IMG/VR virus record: IMGVR_UViG_2974770163_000001 | Span: 1 to 64,000 of that record | DNA: 64,000 bases | Origin: a virus | Taxonomy: Duplodnaviria > Caudoviricetes | Direction: 5' to 3' (one strand) | Part shown: positions 23,463 to 34,841 of the stretch, one piece after another | Position numbering within the stretch: position 1 is the stretch's first letter | Layout of the letters: every line of letters starts with the position of its first letter | The notes under the pieces: generated by a model | The model's database searches: none | Seen by the model: the letters and a program-made list of their open reading frames with translations, nothing else | Told to the model about the DNA's origin: nothing | Program-made: the position numbers and the translations under genes

Positions 23463-26400
23463 TTACCTTATATGAATAGACCCATTTTGTAGATCTATCT
23501 TCATTTTATATGTACCCTCTGGGTTAGAAGACAACGCAGCAGCACGGTCATATATAACGTTAATACCTGTTTGTGCAAAGAATGCTTGATCTGCAACTAT
23601 CTTTTTAGATGTAATAGTGCCATCTAATACCATATCTCCGTGAACCATAAGTGCTGGGTTAATCCACGAACTACCATTCCACTGCCTAGTAGTGCCAGCT
23701 TTAGGGTTGGATGTGTGATACTGTGTTAAAACGTCGTACTGTACAGGGGTCGAGTTAAATGTGGATCTAAAGAAAGCTGTAGCATCAGCATCTGACCATC
23801 CAGCAGCACTTCGACCCTGCCTATAGAACCCAGGCCCTCGCTGCCCGTTTGCTCCAGGCGCCCCGTTAGTACCATTAGTACCGTCCTTACCTGGCCTACC
23901 GTCGGCACCATCTTTACCAGGCAACCCATTAGCTCCGTTAGCCCCTTTATCACCGTTTTTACCAGTCCACTGGACTGGAGTACTCCATTTAGTCCCAGAA
24001 GCAAGTTTATTAGTTTTAGGATCCAGAGTACCTACTGAACTATACACGCACTGAGTGAGAGGATTAGGAACAGATGGAGGACTTATAGCCCAACCATTTG
24101 GTGGATAGTCAGCTAGAGTTGATGCTGAAGGTACAGACCCAATATTACCAAGTTGATATATAGATACAGTACCTCTACCATCCAGACCCGGCAATCCATT
24201 AGTACCATTAGCACCTTTGTCACCGGTATTTCCCTTATCACCGTTCTTACCAGACCACTGTATAGGAGTAGACCAAGTCCCACCAGAGGCTAACTTATTA
24301 GTTTTAGGGTCTAACTTACCAACAGCCACATAGACACATTGTGTCAATGGGTTAGGTACTGCTGGTGGAGCAGCAGACCACCCACTTGGAGGGTAATCAA
24401 TAGGAGTTGGTCTGCCAGGTACTGTTCCAATATTGCCTAAAACATAGATAGATACTACACCTTGACCATCTAACCCATTTGCTCCGTCTTTACCGGGCGC
24501 CCCGTTAGTACCGTTAGTTCCCGGCCTACCTTCAGCACCATTCTTACCAGCATCGACCCAAGCAGTCGCTGTACCCCCCTCTTCTAGCTTAACTTGAGAT
24601 ACTTTACCAAATGTAGTTTTACCCTGAATATAGACCCCTATCCTATCTACCCGTATTACTTCTTTATTTTGAATAGTATAAGTAGATGACTTCACTCCAC
24701 TAAATGAATTTGGAGAAGAGTACCACGCACCAATATAATGCACAGTATTATCAGCATAAGTAATACTCATTTCACATCCCAGTCTGTGTCTACCTCCAGA
24801 AACTCCTTCTACTATCCCGTTAGTCTCTATAAAACAAGATACTGTAATTTTTTTCCCTCTATTGATATTGAAGAACTGAACAGTCGGCATAAACTCATTA
24901 GCTAGGGAAGAGGATTTGCTAACACTAGTATTACTAGAATCCACAATAATCAAGTCTGTAGTACCAGTTAGTAAGTTATTATTAACTGGATTAGCTGGTA
25001 TACCACTCCATTGTATTGGGGTAGACCATCCAGTGCCAGCCACAAGCTTATTAGTTCTAGGGTCTAATGTACCCATAGAGGCATAAACAGCTTCTACAGT
25101 TGGGTTATAGTTTGCTGGTGGAGTTTTAGACCAGTTAGTAGGAGGGTACTCAATACCACTAGGAATAACTGGCTGAGTTCTAGATACTTGATATACGTAG
25201 GTTAAACCAAAGCCATCCTGACCAGGCAACCCATTAGTACCGTTAGTACCAGGTTTACCGTCGGCACCTGGTTTACCATCTTGCCCGTTACTACCATTAT
25301 TACCAGTGAACTGAACTGGGGTCGCCCATTTAGTACCAGAGACTAACTTATTAGTCTTAGGGTCTAACTGACCAATGGATACATAGACACATTGAGTTAG
25401 TGGGTTTGGTATGGCAGGAGGATTAACACTCCAACCGTTTGGTGGGTAATCCGACAGGGTTGATGCTGATGGTATAGTACCCTTATTGCCAAGTTGGTAA
25501 ATAGATACAGTACCCTTACCATCTGCTCCAGGCAACCCGTTAGTACCATTAGTACCATTTTTACCATCATTACCCTTTTCACCATCATTACCAGTGAACT
25601 TAACGGGAGTGTCCCATGTTGTTCCTGCTTTAAGAGCATTAGTTTTAGGATCTAAAATACCCATCGTGGCGTATATACAGTGAGTTAATGGGTTTGGTAC
25701 CGCAGGAGTAGTCTTGGACCACCCAGCTGGTGGATATTGAGTTCCAGATGGTTTAGCTGGTGTTACATTAACTAGACCTAGCTGGTAGGAGTAAACCACA
25801 CCTTGCCCGTCTAACCCAGGCTTACCATTACCACCGTCTGCCCCTACTTCACCACTCCATTGCACTGGTTGCGAGTAGTTTGTTCCAAACACAAGCTTAT
25901 CAGTAACTGGGTCTAGTTGACCAGTACTTGCATAAATCTTTTGCTTAAAGGGGTCTTGAATGCTAGGAGGAGTCTTACTCCATCCTGGAGGTGGGTACTC
26001 CTGAGAAACGGGTATACTAGGAGCTGCGGTGTTTAGCTGGTAAATAGTAACTTGTCTGATACCAGTAATACCATCACCTATGGTAATATCCCCATTAGGT
26101 GTACCAATAGTTACTCCAGCAGACATCCAGATCTTTTCACCGTCAAACCGGATAAAACTATCTTTATTACCAACGTCAAATCTTGCAAGACCGTCTTTAC
26201 CCATACCCATCCAAACACCAGATGTATCACCGCCATAGGTCTTACCTACAGAGTAGATTTTAGGGTTGTCTTGTCCAGTCAGATTTGAAAGTACTACGCT
26301 AGCAGCATATATCTCGTTAGAGATAACTTTACCATCAACGTTTACTGTACCAGTAACTGGGTCCATAGATATTGGGGCAACCCCTTTATCGTTTAACATA

Positions 26401-27488
26401 CCAAGACTAAAAGACCCATCTGATGCATTTAATAGGAAAGTTTGTTCCCACTTACCGTTTACTTGTTTCTGACCTTTGATATGGGAATAAGTTATCTCAA
26501 TACCCGTAGTCTTAGTAAATGAAGAATCTAAGGGTGTGCTTGAGTTTAATGTAAAGTTAGCGTTATCACTTGCAGTAGTATTCTTGTCGGAAGGACCCCA
26601 TGAGATTGCTTCCACTTTAAATACTGTTGGGATTTCCCAAGGAAAACCTGTGATAATTGCTGCTTGAGTAGCACCGGTATTGACACGTGCTGCCTTAGCC
26701 CATCCAGTTTTGTCAAACTCTGCTTTAGGTACATAGTATAGGACAAACTCACGTATATTAGCGCCATTACCCACAGCCCAGTTCCACTTGACCTGAACGT
26801 CATATCTCTCATTGCCATCTAAGATTCTAGCAGCTGTGAAAGTTAAGTTAGTTGGCTTACTAGGTGGAGTAAATGCGTAGTTTACAACTAAGTCAGCAGG
26901 GTACTGAGTCCAGTCAGAAACATCTGTAGTAAACCCATCTGGCAATGCAACACGCCCTCTACAACGTGCCTTATAAGTACCGGCAGGAACGTTAGCTAAT
27001 CGTACCCCTTCTTTGATTTCTCCGGAGTAAACAGTTTCCCACGTATTACCGTCTTTAGACAACTGTAGCTCCACCAACTGACCGGATCCTTCAAAGTCGA
27101 CGATTAAATAAGATGTACCAACACCAACAACTGCTGCTTCCATCTCTGATTTATATGATTTTATTCTTGGAGCTAGAAGAGTTGTTATGTTGCTCGAATC
27201 AGAAATTAAAATGCTTATCTTATTAGCAAGCAGTTCGGAATCGATCATAGAGTCCCAGTATGCCCCTGTAACACTATAAGTAGTGTTAGGGACTAGTTTC
27301 TCTAGGATCATATAGAAAGTATTCAGGTCTTGTGAAGTTTGTGCAACTTCCGTATCACCTGTCTTAATCCAGAATGTCTTACCGATAGTGTCTGGGTCAG
27401 CAAAAGGGGAGTGGTACACTAAAGCTTTAGTGTACCCTACCGCTATTGAACTCAGAACCATCTTTGCTGGAGATGGGTTTTTAATCAT
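23463..27488 (-). CDS. pb4: Central straight tail fibre (pb4-like), greatly extended by repeats
   Basis: N-terminal FnIII-like domains and C-terminal PALMVHGDM...MKIDL..G.IHIR; internal collagen-like repeats. Confidence 0.85.
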   Translation of the reverse strand: MIKNPSPAKMVLSSIAVGYTKALVYHSPFADPDTIGKTFWIKTGDTEVAQTSQDLNTFYMILEKLVPNTTYSVTGAYWDSMIDSELLANKISILISDSSNITTLLAPRIKSYKSEMEAAVVGVGTSYLIVDFEGSGQLVELQLSKDGNTWETVYSGEIKEGVRLANVPAGTYKARCRGRVALPDGFTTDVSDWTQYPADLVVNYAFTPPSKPTNLTFTAARILDGNERYDVQVKWNWAVGNGANIREFVLYYVPKAEFDKTGWAKAARVNTGATQAAIITGFPWEIPTVFKVEAISWGPSDKNTTASDNANFTLNSSTPLDSSFTKTTGIEITYSHIKGQKQVNGKWEQTFLLNASDGSFSLGMLNDKGVAPISMDPVTGTVNVDGKVISNEIYAASVVLSNLTGQDNPKIYSVGKTYGGDTSGVWMGMGKDGLARFDVGNKDSFIRFDGEKIWMSAGVTIGTPNGDITIGDGITGIRQVTIYQLNTAAPSIPVSQEYPPPGWSKTPPSIQDPFKQKIYASTGQLDPVTDKLVFGTNYSQPVQWSGEVGADGGNGKPGLDGQGVVYSYQLGLVNVTPAKPSGTQYPPAGWSKTTPAVPNPLTHCIYATMGILDPKTNALKAGTTWDTPVKFTGNDGEKGNDGKNGTNGTNGLPGADGKGTVSIYQLGNKGTIPSASTLSDYPPNGWSVNPPAIPNPLTQCVYVSIGQLDPKTNKLVSGTKWATPVQFTGNNGSNGQDGKPGADGKPGTNGTNGLPGQDGFGLTYVYQVSRTQPVIPSGIEYPPTNWSKTPPANYNPTVEAVYASMGTLDPRTNKLVAGTGWSTPIQWSGIPANPVNNNLLTGTTDLIIVDSSNTSVSKSSSLANEFMPTVQFFNINRGKKITVSCFIETNGIVEGVSGGRHRLGCEMSITYADNTVHYIGAWYSSPNSFSGVKSSTYTIQNKEVIRVDRIGVYIQGKTTFGKVSQVKLEEGGTATAWVDAGKNGAEGRPGTNGTNGAPGKDGANGLDGQGVVSIYVLGNIGTVPGRPTPIDYPPSGWSAAPPAVPNPLTQCVYVAVGKLDPKTNKLASGGTWSTPIQWSGKNGDKGNTGDKGANGTNGLPGLDGRGTVSIYQLGNIGSVPSASTLADYPPNGWAISPPSVPNPLTQCVYSSVGTLDPKTNKLASGTKWSTPVQWTGKNGDKGANGANGLPGKDGADGRPGKDGTNGTNGAPGANGQRGPGFYRQGRSAAGWSDADATAFFRSTFNSTPVQYDVLTQYHTSNPKAGTTRQWNGSSWINPALMVHGDMVLDGTITSKKIVADQAFFAQTGINVIYDRAAALSSNPEGTYKMKIDLQNGSIHIR

Positions 27489-30324
27489 TTAAGTATGTCC
27501 ATGCGACTGAGGCTTCCCCATTAGGTCCCTCTGCTCGAACTCTAATTACGCCCTCACGGAAAACTCCCAGAGCATTATTAAGTTTCATGTAGTCTGATTT
27601 ATTTTGTGCGTAGGGGTAAATACTACGGTGTCCATTGGTTGTAGCTGAAGAGTGGATAATACTTAAAGACTGTGGGTGTAAGAATTGAAATATGTACCTT
27701 AACCCAACTATTTCCCCCTCCTCCCTAATACCATCCCATTCTGTGATTACGTCAGGGCCGATCCAGTCAGTAAAAGAGCCGGGAGCCCTATTTACTAGTC
27801 TGAAGTTTTGAACTACACTTAGGTTTCTAGCAGCATCTAACTTGACAGTTAAAGTTGTGGGAGAACTACGACGACCAGTAACATCAACTGCCCTAACCTC
27901 AAATGTGTAAGTACCCTCAGTCAACCCAAACAGTTCTAACTCAAGGCGAGCATTAAGATTAGTACCGTTGCTATTTACAACGTAAGGTTCTAACTTATCA
28001 GTCTGATAAACTGTGTAGTACGCAATTCCAGGAGTTATACTAGGCAGCCAATTAAGTGTACCATTCTTGCCAATACTAGTAGTATCTTTGTAAGGTTCGT
28101 ATTGTAGATCTCTAGGTGGAGTTACTAATGCCTCGATAACAGGCGGAACTTCAGGATTTTCAACTTGTTGTGAGTTAATAAATACATCTTCTCCATACTC
28201 TCGTAGTGCAGCCTTGATCTTACCTTTAGAAGTGACTTCAACCTCGTCTACTAAAAAGTATTTATCTTTCCAGCCGTAACGATCGTATGTGTACTCTACT
28301 GCGTCATTAACCTCAAGACCTAAGAAGGATATAGGCAACTCAATACGAAGAACACGATTATAGCGGGACTTCTTCAGCTCTCTAGCTGCAATAGATCTGG
28401 CAGTGTAGTAATTAGTTACATTAGCGAAAGACAAGTTAAGTCTCTTGTCAATATCATTATCCTCTGTTTTAAATACAGAGTTATAAAATGTGACTGTGCT
28501 TGACTTCCACGCTAGAGCAGGATCTATAATTGAAGCTTGAACCGAGTTAAACTTGTTTCGTCCAGTAATATCCTCAAGCTCTATTACTCCAGATGTTTCA
28601 GTAAAGTGGATTTTTCGGGGAGCAGGGTCGTACTTCTCAACAGTGATTCCGTAAACCCCTAGCATATTATTTATAGAACCACTAAACCCATCTAGTAGTA
28701 CCTCCACGTTCTTGAATACAGATTCTGCTGTATCTATAACGGTGTTTAATTGAATCATAGCCCTATTAGAATCATCGAAATTATCCCACCCTACGTATCT
28801 CCAGTAGTTTACCCACCCCCCCTCATAGGAGTCGTCAATGGTACTAATTATTTCAGCAGAGTCCATAGCTCTCTCCATGTTTATCAACTCCAGACTAACA
28901 TTCGCACCAAAAACTGGTGATGTCAGGTAGTCAACTGCCTGCCATACCCCATTTAATGTAGTCTTATCTGAAGTAATAGTACCATCCCTAGAGTAGGTTC
29001 TCACTTTACGACCTAGAACAGTGGCATCTACTTGTGGGATCTCTGTGCGATTTTCTGTAAGCTTAAATCTTATAACTGCATACGCAGTATCTAGAAGTTT
29101 ATAATTCTCATCCCAATATTCTGGCCCAATCTTCTGGTTCCTCTGTAGTAAAAAACCATTAGCCTTGGCTTTATCTACTAATACTTTTGCAGCTTCTTGA
29201 TTTTCTTTACCATGGTACGTCCACACTCGAATATCTCCGTTACCGTCATTATACTTGTACTCTTGACCATGAACAGATGGAGCAGAAGTGGATATTCCAG
29301 AGGCTAATCGGTGCATCGTATCACCGAAGTCCCTCTTACGACCGAAGCATGTCCTATCTTTACTATCACCATCATCGTAACAGATCATTGGTATATCACC
29401 AAATGAGAAGTCTAAGAACCCCTCAATCTCTCCCTCAGCAAAAGCATAAACAACCCAAACAGTCTCAGGGTCGTTAGCATCTGTGTCAGCGAATACCGGA
29501 ATACCAGGAACTTGTCTAACCCCGTATACCACAGGGATAAATTTAGCTGTAAGGTTAAAGTCAATGTCGATATCACGAGTAACGTTTTCGTAATACTCTA
29601 CTAGGCTATACTTCTTAGATAAGCCAAAAAAAGAACTTTTGGATTTAAGTTTATAACGCTTCTCTCTAGCTTGGTACTGAGCCAAGATAGTTGTTGATTT
29701 GTTGGAGTGGAAGAATCCTAAATCATCCATGTACTCAATACGTTTGGCACTTTTGGTCGGGACTAACTCCCCCTTTACAACTTCAAGCCCACGATGTGAT
29801 GCATCATCGGTTATGCGCCCATTGACCCTTTCAAAGTCGTAGAACATATTGTTACATGTCCATGTGATCACCGAAGAACGTGTACCACCGTTATCGCCCT
29901 CTTTTACACTACCAGCAGTAATCTTACCAGAGAAGTACTTATAAGGTCCGTTAGTATCAGAATCCATTGGAATAATGTTACCATTATCATCAAGAAATGC
30001 TTGATAAATAATAACAGATCTATCAATGAAAGATACTCCCGACTTTACAAGTCTTCCTAACTCTAGATCATCTACACCACTCATAGTGATTGTTAGCGAC
30101 CCAACTGTCAGTTTACGGTTTTGCTTGTGTGATGAGATACTTTTTATTTTTCCGCTAACGTAAGGAACACCATTATAAACTACATCTCGTCCATAGTCTG
30201 TATAATATGCGTACTGAGGAGTTCCTCCAGTACTAGGTAGTTCTAAAATTACTAGGTTAGCTATACGAATGTTATTTTCAGTATTTGAAATATGCTCAAT
30301 CGCAGCCGGAAGTAAGTGTTTCAT
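27481..30324 (-). CDS. pb3: Baseplate hub / tail tip protein
   Basis: 947 aa; IPVVYG, GEIEG; synteny. Confidence 0.9.
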   Translation of the reverse strand: MKHLLPAAIEHISNTENNIRIANLVILELPSTGGTPQYAYYTDYGRDVVYNGVPYVSGKIKSISSHKQNRKLTVGSLTITMSGVDDLELGRLVKSGVSFIDRSVIIYQAFLDDNGNIIPMDSDTNGPYKYFSGKITAGSVKEGDNGGTRSSVITWTCNNMFYDFERVNGRITDDASHRGLEVVKGELVPTKSAKRIEYMDDLGFFHSNKSTTILAQYQAREKRYKLKSKSSFFGLSKKYSLVEYYENVTRDIDIDFNLTAKFIPVVYGVRQVPGIPVFADTDANDPETVWVVYAFAEGEIEGFLDFSFGDIPMICYDDGDSKDRTCFGRKRDFGDTMHRLASGISTSAPSVHGQEYKYNDGNGDIRVWTYHGKENQEAAKVLVDKAKANGFLLQRNQKIGPEYWDENYKLLDTAYAVIRFKLTENRTEIPQVDATVLGRKVRTYSRDGTITSDKTTLNGVWQAVDYLTSPVFGANVSLELINMERAMDSAEIISTIDDSYEGGWVNYWRYVGWDNFDDSNRAMIQLNTVIDTAESVFKNVEVLLDGFSGSINNMLGVYGITVEKYDPAPRKIHFTETSGVIELEDITGRNKFNSVQASIIDPALAWKSSTVTFYNSVFKTEDNDIDKRLNLSFANVTNYYTARSIAARELKKSRYNRVLRIELPISFLGLEVNDAVEYTYDRYGWKDKYFLVDEVEVTSKGKIKAALREYGEDVFINSQQVENPEVPPVIEALVTPPRDLQYEPYKDTTSIGKNGTLNWLPSITPGIAYYTVYQTDKLEPYVVNSNGTNLNARLELELFGLTEGTYTFEVRAVDVTGRRSSPTTLTVKLDAARNLSVVQNFRLVNRAPGSFTDWIGPDVITEWDGIREEGEIVGLRYIFQFLHPQSLSIIHSSATTNGHRSIYPYAQNKSDYMKLNNALGVFREGVIRVRAEGPNGEASVAWTYLND

Positions 30325-30933
30325 TTATCGACTCTCCTCGAAATTAAGAGTAAACGACTCGTACATACCATCAGAGGTTAGAGTTGATTTCCATGTCTCT
30401 AGCTGTAATGGCTTAGTTTGAAATAGTATCCCGTTAAACACAGGCTTTTCGGCACCATTAGTAGTTGTAGCAAGATCAGGATAAAGACCTAACGTTAGGT
30501 TATTACCATTAGTCGTTACTGATGTAATCTTATAAACTTTGTAATGGGAGGATAGCTTAAATAGTCCCCCTACTTTTGGTAAGCCAGTTAAATTAGGAAT
30601 ATTCATTGTTAGACTATTACCTTTCTGACCTCCAGGAATTTTTGCATTCGCCAAGTCACCTCGGATACCGAATGTCTCATATTGTGGAAGAAGAATCTCT
30701 ATAAATCCTCCTTTCCTTTTATACTCACCAATAAATGCATCCATTAAGAAAAATTCTTTCGGGAACAAGTCAGGGAACGGGATAGATATACCCCAATACT
30801 GAGAAACTGTTCTCACCTCGAATACTTGGTTATTAGCCATCCTATCTTTAGTTACTGGATCATTATCGATAAGAGTAACAGATTCAAATCCAGGTACTAA
30901 GCCTGGATGCGTATATGGGTCTGGTAGTCTCAT
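30325..30933 (-). CDS. pb9: Distal tail protein
   Basis: MRLPDPYT.P N-terminus; 202 aa. Confidence 0.9.
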   Translation of the reverse strand: MRLPDPYTHPGLVPGFESVTLIDNDPVTKDRMANNQVFEVRTVSQYWGISIPFPDLFPKEFFLMDAFIGEYKRKGGFIEILLPQYETFGIRGDLANAKIPGGQKGNSLTMNIPNLTGLPKVGGLFKLSSHYKVYKITSVTTNGNNLTLGLYPDLATTTNGAEKPVFNGILFQTKPLQLETWKSTLTSDGMYESFTLNFEESR

Positions 30934-30966
30934 TATTTTCTCCTATGAATCAAAACATATATTCCA

Positions 30967-30995
30967 ATTATACACTCGATAATTGCAAATGTCAA
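30967..30995 (-). promoter_or_regulatory. Late promoter for pb9-pb3-pb4
   Basis: TTGACA-17-TATAAT on the minus strand. Confidence 0.85.
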
Positions 30996-31049
30996 GAATA
31001 ATTTATATTGCGGATACAAATAAGGGGACTGAATAGTCCCCTACATTGT

Positions 31050-34000
31050 TTATCGTACTAGTGTAGCACCTTCTTCATTCAGTGACCATTCTACTGCGTC
31101 TCTGAAAGTCTCCTTATTCCTAGAGGCAAACTCGGCAAAGGAAGCTGCGTCGATAGTGTTGATGTGGACAACAGTAGTGTTACCCCCGCTACCCCCACTT
31201 CCGATATTGTCGTTAGATGTAACACGTCCAGGTACTCCGGAGGTTGCAATCTCAACACCATGTTCCCCATAGATATATCCAACCCCGGGAAGTGTTGTAC
31301 CGCCTTCAGCACGTGGTATGAAGTTTTGAGCTGACCCAATACCTTTTTCACCGCGTGTGTACGCAAGTTCACCAGCGTTACCGCTTTGAGATACGTCGAA
31401 TCTATTCTCACGCTCCCCCAGTTTAAGGTAGCCTGTCTCGCCACCCCCTACATCCATAGATGGGTTTACTGGGTTAGACGCTTGAGCATAAGCCATTGCA
31501 CCTGATGCTGCCGCTGCAATCATTAACGGAATAGACCAAGGGTATGGTACTGCGTTAGCTGCTTGCATTACTGCGGTTGCAGTTTGAATCAGGATCTGTT
31601 TCTTCGCCGATTCTTGCTGGATCTTAACCTTTTCAGCTTCCAATTTCTTGATCTTAGCTTTGGATTCCTCTGACTTACCATCGCGTTGCTGCTCTGCTTT
31701 GATAGCCATATCGATAGCTGATGTTTGTTGTTTAGCAGACATATTAAATACACTGCTTAACAATTGCATACCTGCTGCTGCTGTTGATGTTGCATCTAGT
31801 GCACCATCTGCGTACAGCATAACGGCGTTCATTACGTTACCTAGGTTAGTACCAACTGCTGTTGCTTCTGAGTTGATAGCTTGCAGGTTGCTTAAAGCTT
31901 CTGCATACCCTTGTTGGTTATTAACGTAATCTTGTTGCTGTTTAGCATCTTCCCCCATTCCTTGGGTAGATTGACCTGTTCCACCTAAAAGACCTGTAGT
32001 AGCATTAGCATACATACGCTGTCTCTCATTCTCCAGCTCAACTAGCTTAGTTTCAGCAACTGCTATGTCCTGCTTTAATTTCAGGATCTTATCCTGGTCT
32101 TTTGCCGTTCTTGTAGCCTCTGACGATGCCAATTCAGCATTGAGTCTCTCATTGAAGTCCGCAATATCACGTAATAGATTGTCCTGAGAAGTCTTAGTAG
32201 AGTCAGTATTGAATAACGCACGACCAAAGTCGATAGAGTTCTCTGCCTGCTTAACCATCTCCGACTTTTCCATGAATGCAATGTCACGTTTGATCTGCGC
32301 TTCATTTAAGAGAGCTTGGTTGTACTCATTTTGCTTATCGGCTTTACCCTTGTATTGCAGCATGTTCTGCTCATTAATACGCAGCTCTTCCTTCTTCATG
32401 GCAACTTGGTACTCATAGCCGGATAGCATATGATTATTAACTAGGGCGATTTTTTGGGTAAGGTCTAGAATTGTCCTCTCTGTTTTAGCCTGCTTAACTG
32501 TCTCCTTAGTCATTGCAGAGATCTGGTTATTAATTTCCTGAACCTTTAACTCATTAATTCGCTTTTTAATCCTAGTTTCTGCACCGGAGCCTTTGTCCAC
32601 GGTTTCTAGTTGTTTGTACAGTAGTTTTATTTCTGAGGCTGCTTCTTGAGCTTGTTGCTTAGCATTTAGAGCCGCTACCTTAGTTGCTGCTCCTGCTTGC
32701 CCCTGAATAGAGTCGGCTAAAGCCTTACGCTCCCTAGCTAGAGCTAGTGCATTCTCTCCTTTAGCATCGTATACTTCAAGTGCTTCCTCTAATATTTGCT
32801 CCTGTGCTTTAAGCTTATTCAACTCTCCAGCAGCTATACCTATTGATGCTGCTATATTCTCCCACGAGGTACCAAACGCATCCGCCCCCGTTTTAAGAGC
32901 CTTAATAGTAGCCTGAACTTGAGACAGACTAGCTTGTGCTTTGGAGGTGTCAGATAAGTTACCCATTGCATCGGAGATATTAGATTTGCCTTCCTTAGAG
33001 TACGCCCTCAGTTCATCTACGGATTGAAGCGCCCCCTTAAACCCTTCTTTAATCTGTACAGTTTCCTGTAGTACTCCATCTACCACGTTGAAGGAGGATT
33101 GGAATGCTGATTCTATCCCTGTTCCTGCGGACATCTCTCGCATCATTTTAAGGGTATCTGATACTTCTTTCATAGCATCATTATAAGAGTCTAAGTTTGA
33201 CTGCGCCTTATGTAAGTCATCTGTGGCAGATGCCCAACCCTTGATAGTTTTACTAGTAGTATCATCCCTAAGCATAGTAGTTAGGGCAGTCATAGCAGGT
33301 GCTTGTGCAAACTGAGCAACACGTGAAGCCAGACCGTTCATATCAGCGTCATTAATTGTTTTAGTCAATTCTTTGCTGGCAGCGGCCTTAGCCAGCTCTG
33401 CTTTCTTGTACTCCTCTATTAGCTTCTTCTCTTGCTCTATTACAGTGCTAAAAGTAGATACGAAACCAGCGCTTTCAGCATCGGTTGTCTTCAGCCCCTC
33501 TCTAATAAGCTTTAGATTATCCCCTAGATCTTTAACCTTGTTTCCTACTTCGAGCAGTCTGTTCAGTACGTCTACGATAGGAGTTAATCTGCTAGCCAGC
33601 AGTGAGGCTAGTTTTGACGAGCTAGAAGCAATATTTGCACCGAACTTATCCCAAGCCGAAGAGGCTAAAGCAGCATCTAGTTTACCGAATGCTGTATTAG
33701 ACTGCTCCACAACTGCATTTAGTAATGCTTGTTGTTTTTGAACTTTTGATAAATTTTGAGAATTATAGTTTAGCCCTGCCCCTGTGGCATTTAATTGATC
33801 AGCGTATTTCTTATACGCACTGTTTAAGTCTAGCGCTATACCAGCACCACTAAGAGATGCGGCGTCTAGCTTGTAAACCCCGTTCACTACTCTTTCCAGG
33901 GCATCAGACATAGAGGTAAACCCAGCTGCTGAAGCACGCTGTGCTACCTTACCAAGTTTTTCTAAATCCCCTGCTGATGCGCCTAGGCTTGTAGCTTTGG

Positions 34001-34763
34001 TAGCTTTAGACATAGCTTCCTCAAAACTAATAGCACTACCTGTTGCATCCTGAAGACTTTGAGCAAGTAACTGAGTGGGGGTACCTGTTATAGCCGTCAT
34101 AGCTATACCAAGTTTGTTCATAGTGTTAACTTGATCCCCTGCTTTAAGATAGGTAAACGCTTGTTGCAGTGCGAAAACGTTGGACATTATTTGCCCATAA
34201 AGCATTGGGATTGGGCCTGCAATACGCGCTAACGCTGCGAAGTCACGGGTTGCCCCCCTAGCCGCACCGGAGGTATCCCCTACAGCTCTAGTGAACTTAC
34301 CCGCTCGTTTAGCTGCGTCATCTGCTGCCTGACCGTACCCACGAGTATTTCTGGTAACTGCGTTCATAGAGTCACCTACATCCTCGATCGCCCTAACAAC
34401 ATTGTTCTCCATTTTATCAGCAAACTTAGTAATATTATTCATACCAACTACGAAGTTAGAGCTAAATTGTTGGAACTCTTGAGTAAGGAATCGGATTTCA
34501 GACGCTACTTCCTTGATGCTTCTATCAAGCATCTTAAGACCCTTACTATTACCTATCTTATCGAAGCTACCTGCCATAGCGTCTGCGTATTGCTGAACCT
34601 TTTGCATCTCCTTACTCATACTCTTCAGGGAGTCAGTGGTTAGTTCAGCTCCAGCAGCAGCGTCTTCTAAGGCTTGAGATAGGTTTTTAATGGAGGTTGT
34701 AGTTTTCGTAACACCTTTCTGGGTTACGTCTATTTCAACTCCCCTAATCATTTTATCTGCCAT
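31050..34763 (-). CDS. pb2: Tape measure protein
   Basis: 1237 aa Ala-rich coiled coil; GSARGATRDFAA-like motif. Confidence 0.92.
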   Translation of the reverse strand: MADKMIRGVEIDVTQKGVTKTTTSIKNLSQALEDAAAGAELTTDSLKSMSKEMQKVQQYADAMAGSFDKIGNSKGLKMLDRSIKEVASEIRFLTQEFQQFSSNFVVGMNNITKFADKMENNVVRAIEDVGDSMNAVTRNTRGYGQAADDAAKRAGKFTRAVGDTSGAARGATRDFAALARIAGPIPMLYGQIMSNVFALQQAFTYLKAGDQVNTMNKLGIAMTAITGTPTQLLAQSLQDATGSAISFEEAMSKATKATSLGASAGDLEKLGKVAQRASAAGFTSMSDALERVVNGVYKLDAASLSGAGIALDLNSAYKKYADQLNATGAGLNYNSQNLSKVQKQQALLNAVVEQSNTAFGKLDAALASSAWDKFGANIASSSSKLASLLASRLTPIVDVLNRLLEVGNKVKDLGDNLKLIREGLKTTDAESAGFVSTFSTVIEQEKKLIEEYKKAELAKAAASKELTKTINDADMNGLASRVAQFAQAPAMTALTTMLRDDTTSKTIKGWASATDDLHKAQSNLDSYNDAMKEVSDTLKMMREMSAGTGIESAFQSSFNVVDGVLQETVQIKEGFKGALQSVDELRAYSKEGKSNISDAMGNLSDTSKAQASLSQVQATIKALKTGADAFGTSWENIAASIGIAAGELNKLKAQEQILEEALEVYDAKGENALALARERKALADSIQGQAGAATKVAALNAKQQAQEAASEIKLLYKQLETVDKGSGAETRIKKRINELKVQEINNQISAMTKETVKQAKTERTILDLTQKIALVNNHMLSGYEYQVAMKKEELRINEQNMLQYKGKADKQNEYNQALLNEAQIKRDIAFMEKSEMVKQAENSIDFGRALFNTDSTKTSQDNLLRDIADFNERLNAELASSEATRTAKDQDKILKLKQDIAVAETKLVELENERQRMYANATTGLLGGTGQSTQGMGEDAKQQQDYVNNQQGYAEALSNLQAINSEATAVGTNLGNVMNAVMLYADGALDATSTAAAGMQLLSSVFNMSAKQQTSAIDMAIKAEQQRDGKSEESKAKIKKLEAEKVKIQQESAKKQILIQTATAVMQAANAVPYPWSIPLMIAAAASGAMAYAQASNPVNPSMDVGGGETGYLKLGERENRFDVSQSGNAGELAYTRGEKGIGSAQNFIPRAEGGTTLPGVGYIYGEHGVEIATSGVPGRVTSNDNIGSGGSGGNTTVVHINTIDAASFAEFASRNKETFRDAVEWSLNEEGATLVR

Positions 34764-34841
34764 TATATTTTTCCAATAAAAAAGGCTCTAGGCATTACGC
34801 CCAGAGCCAAGCCCTCTCGTGGAACGCCCAGTGGAGGAAAT

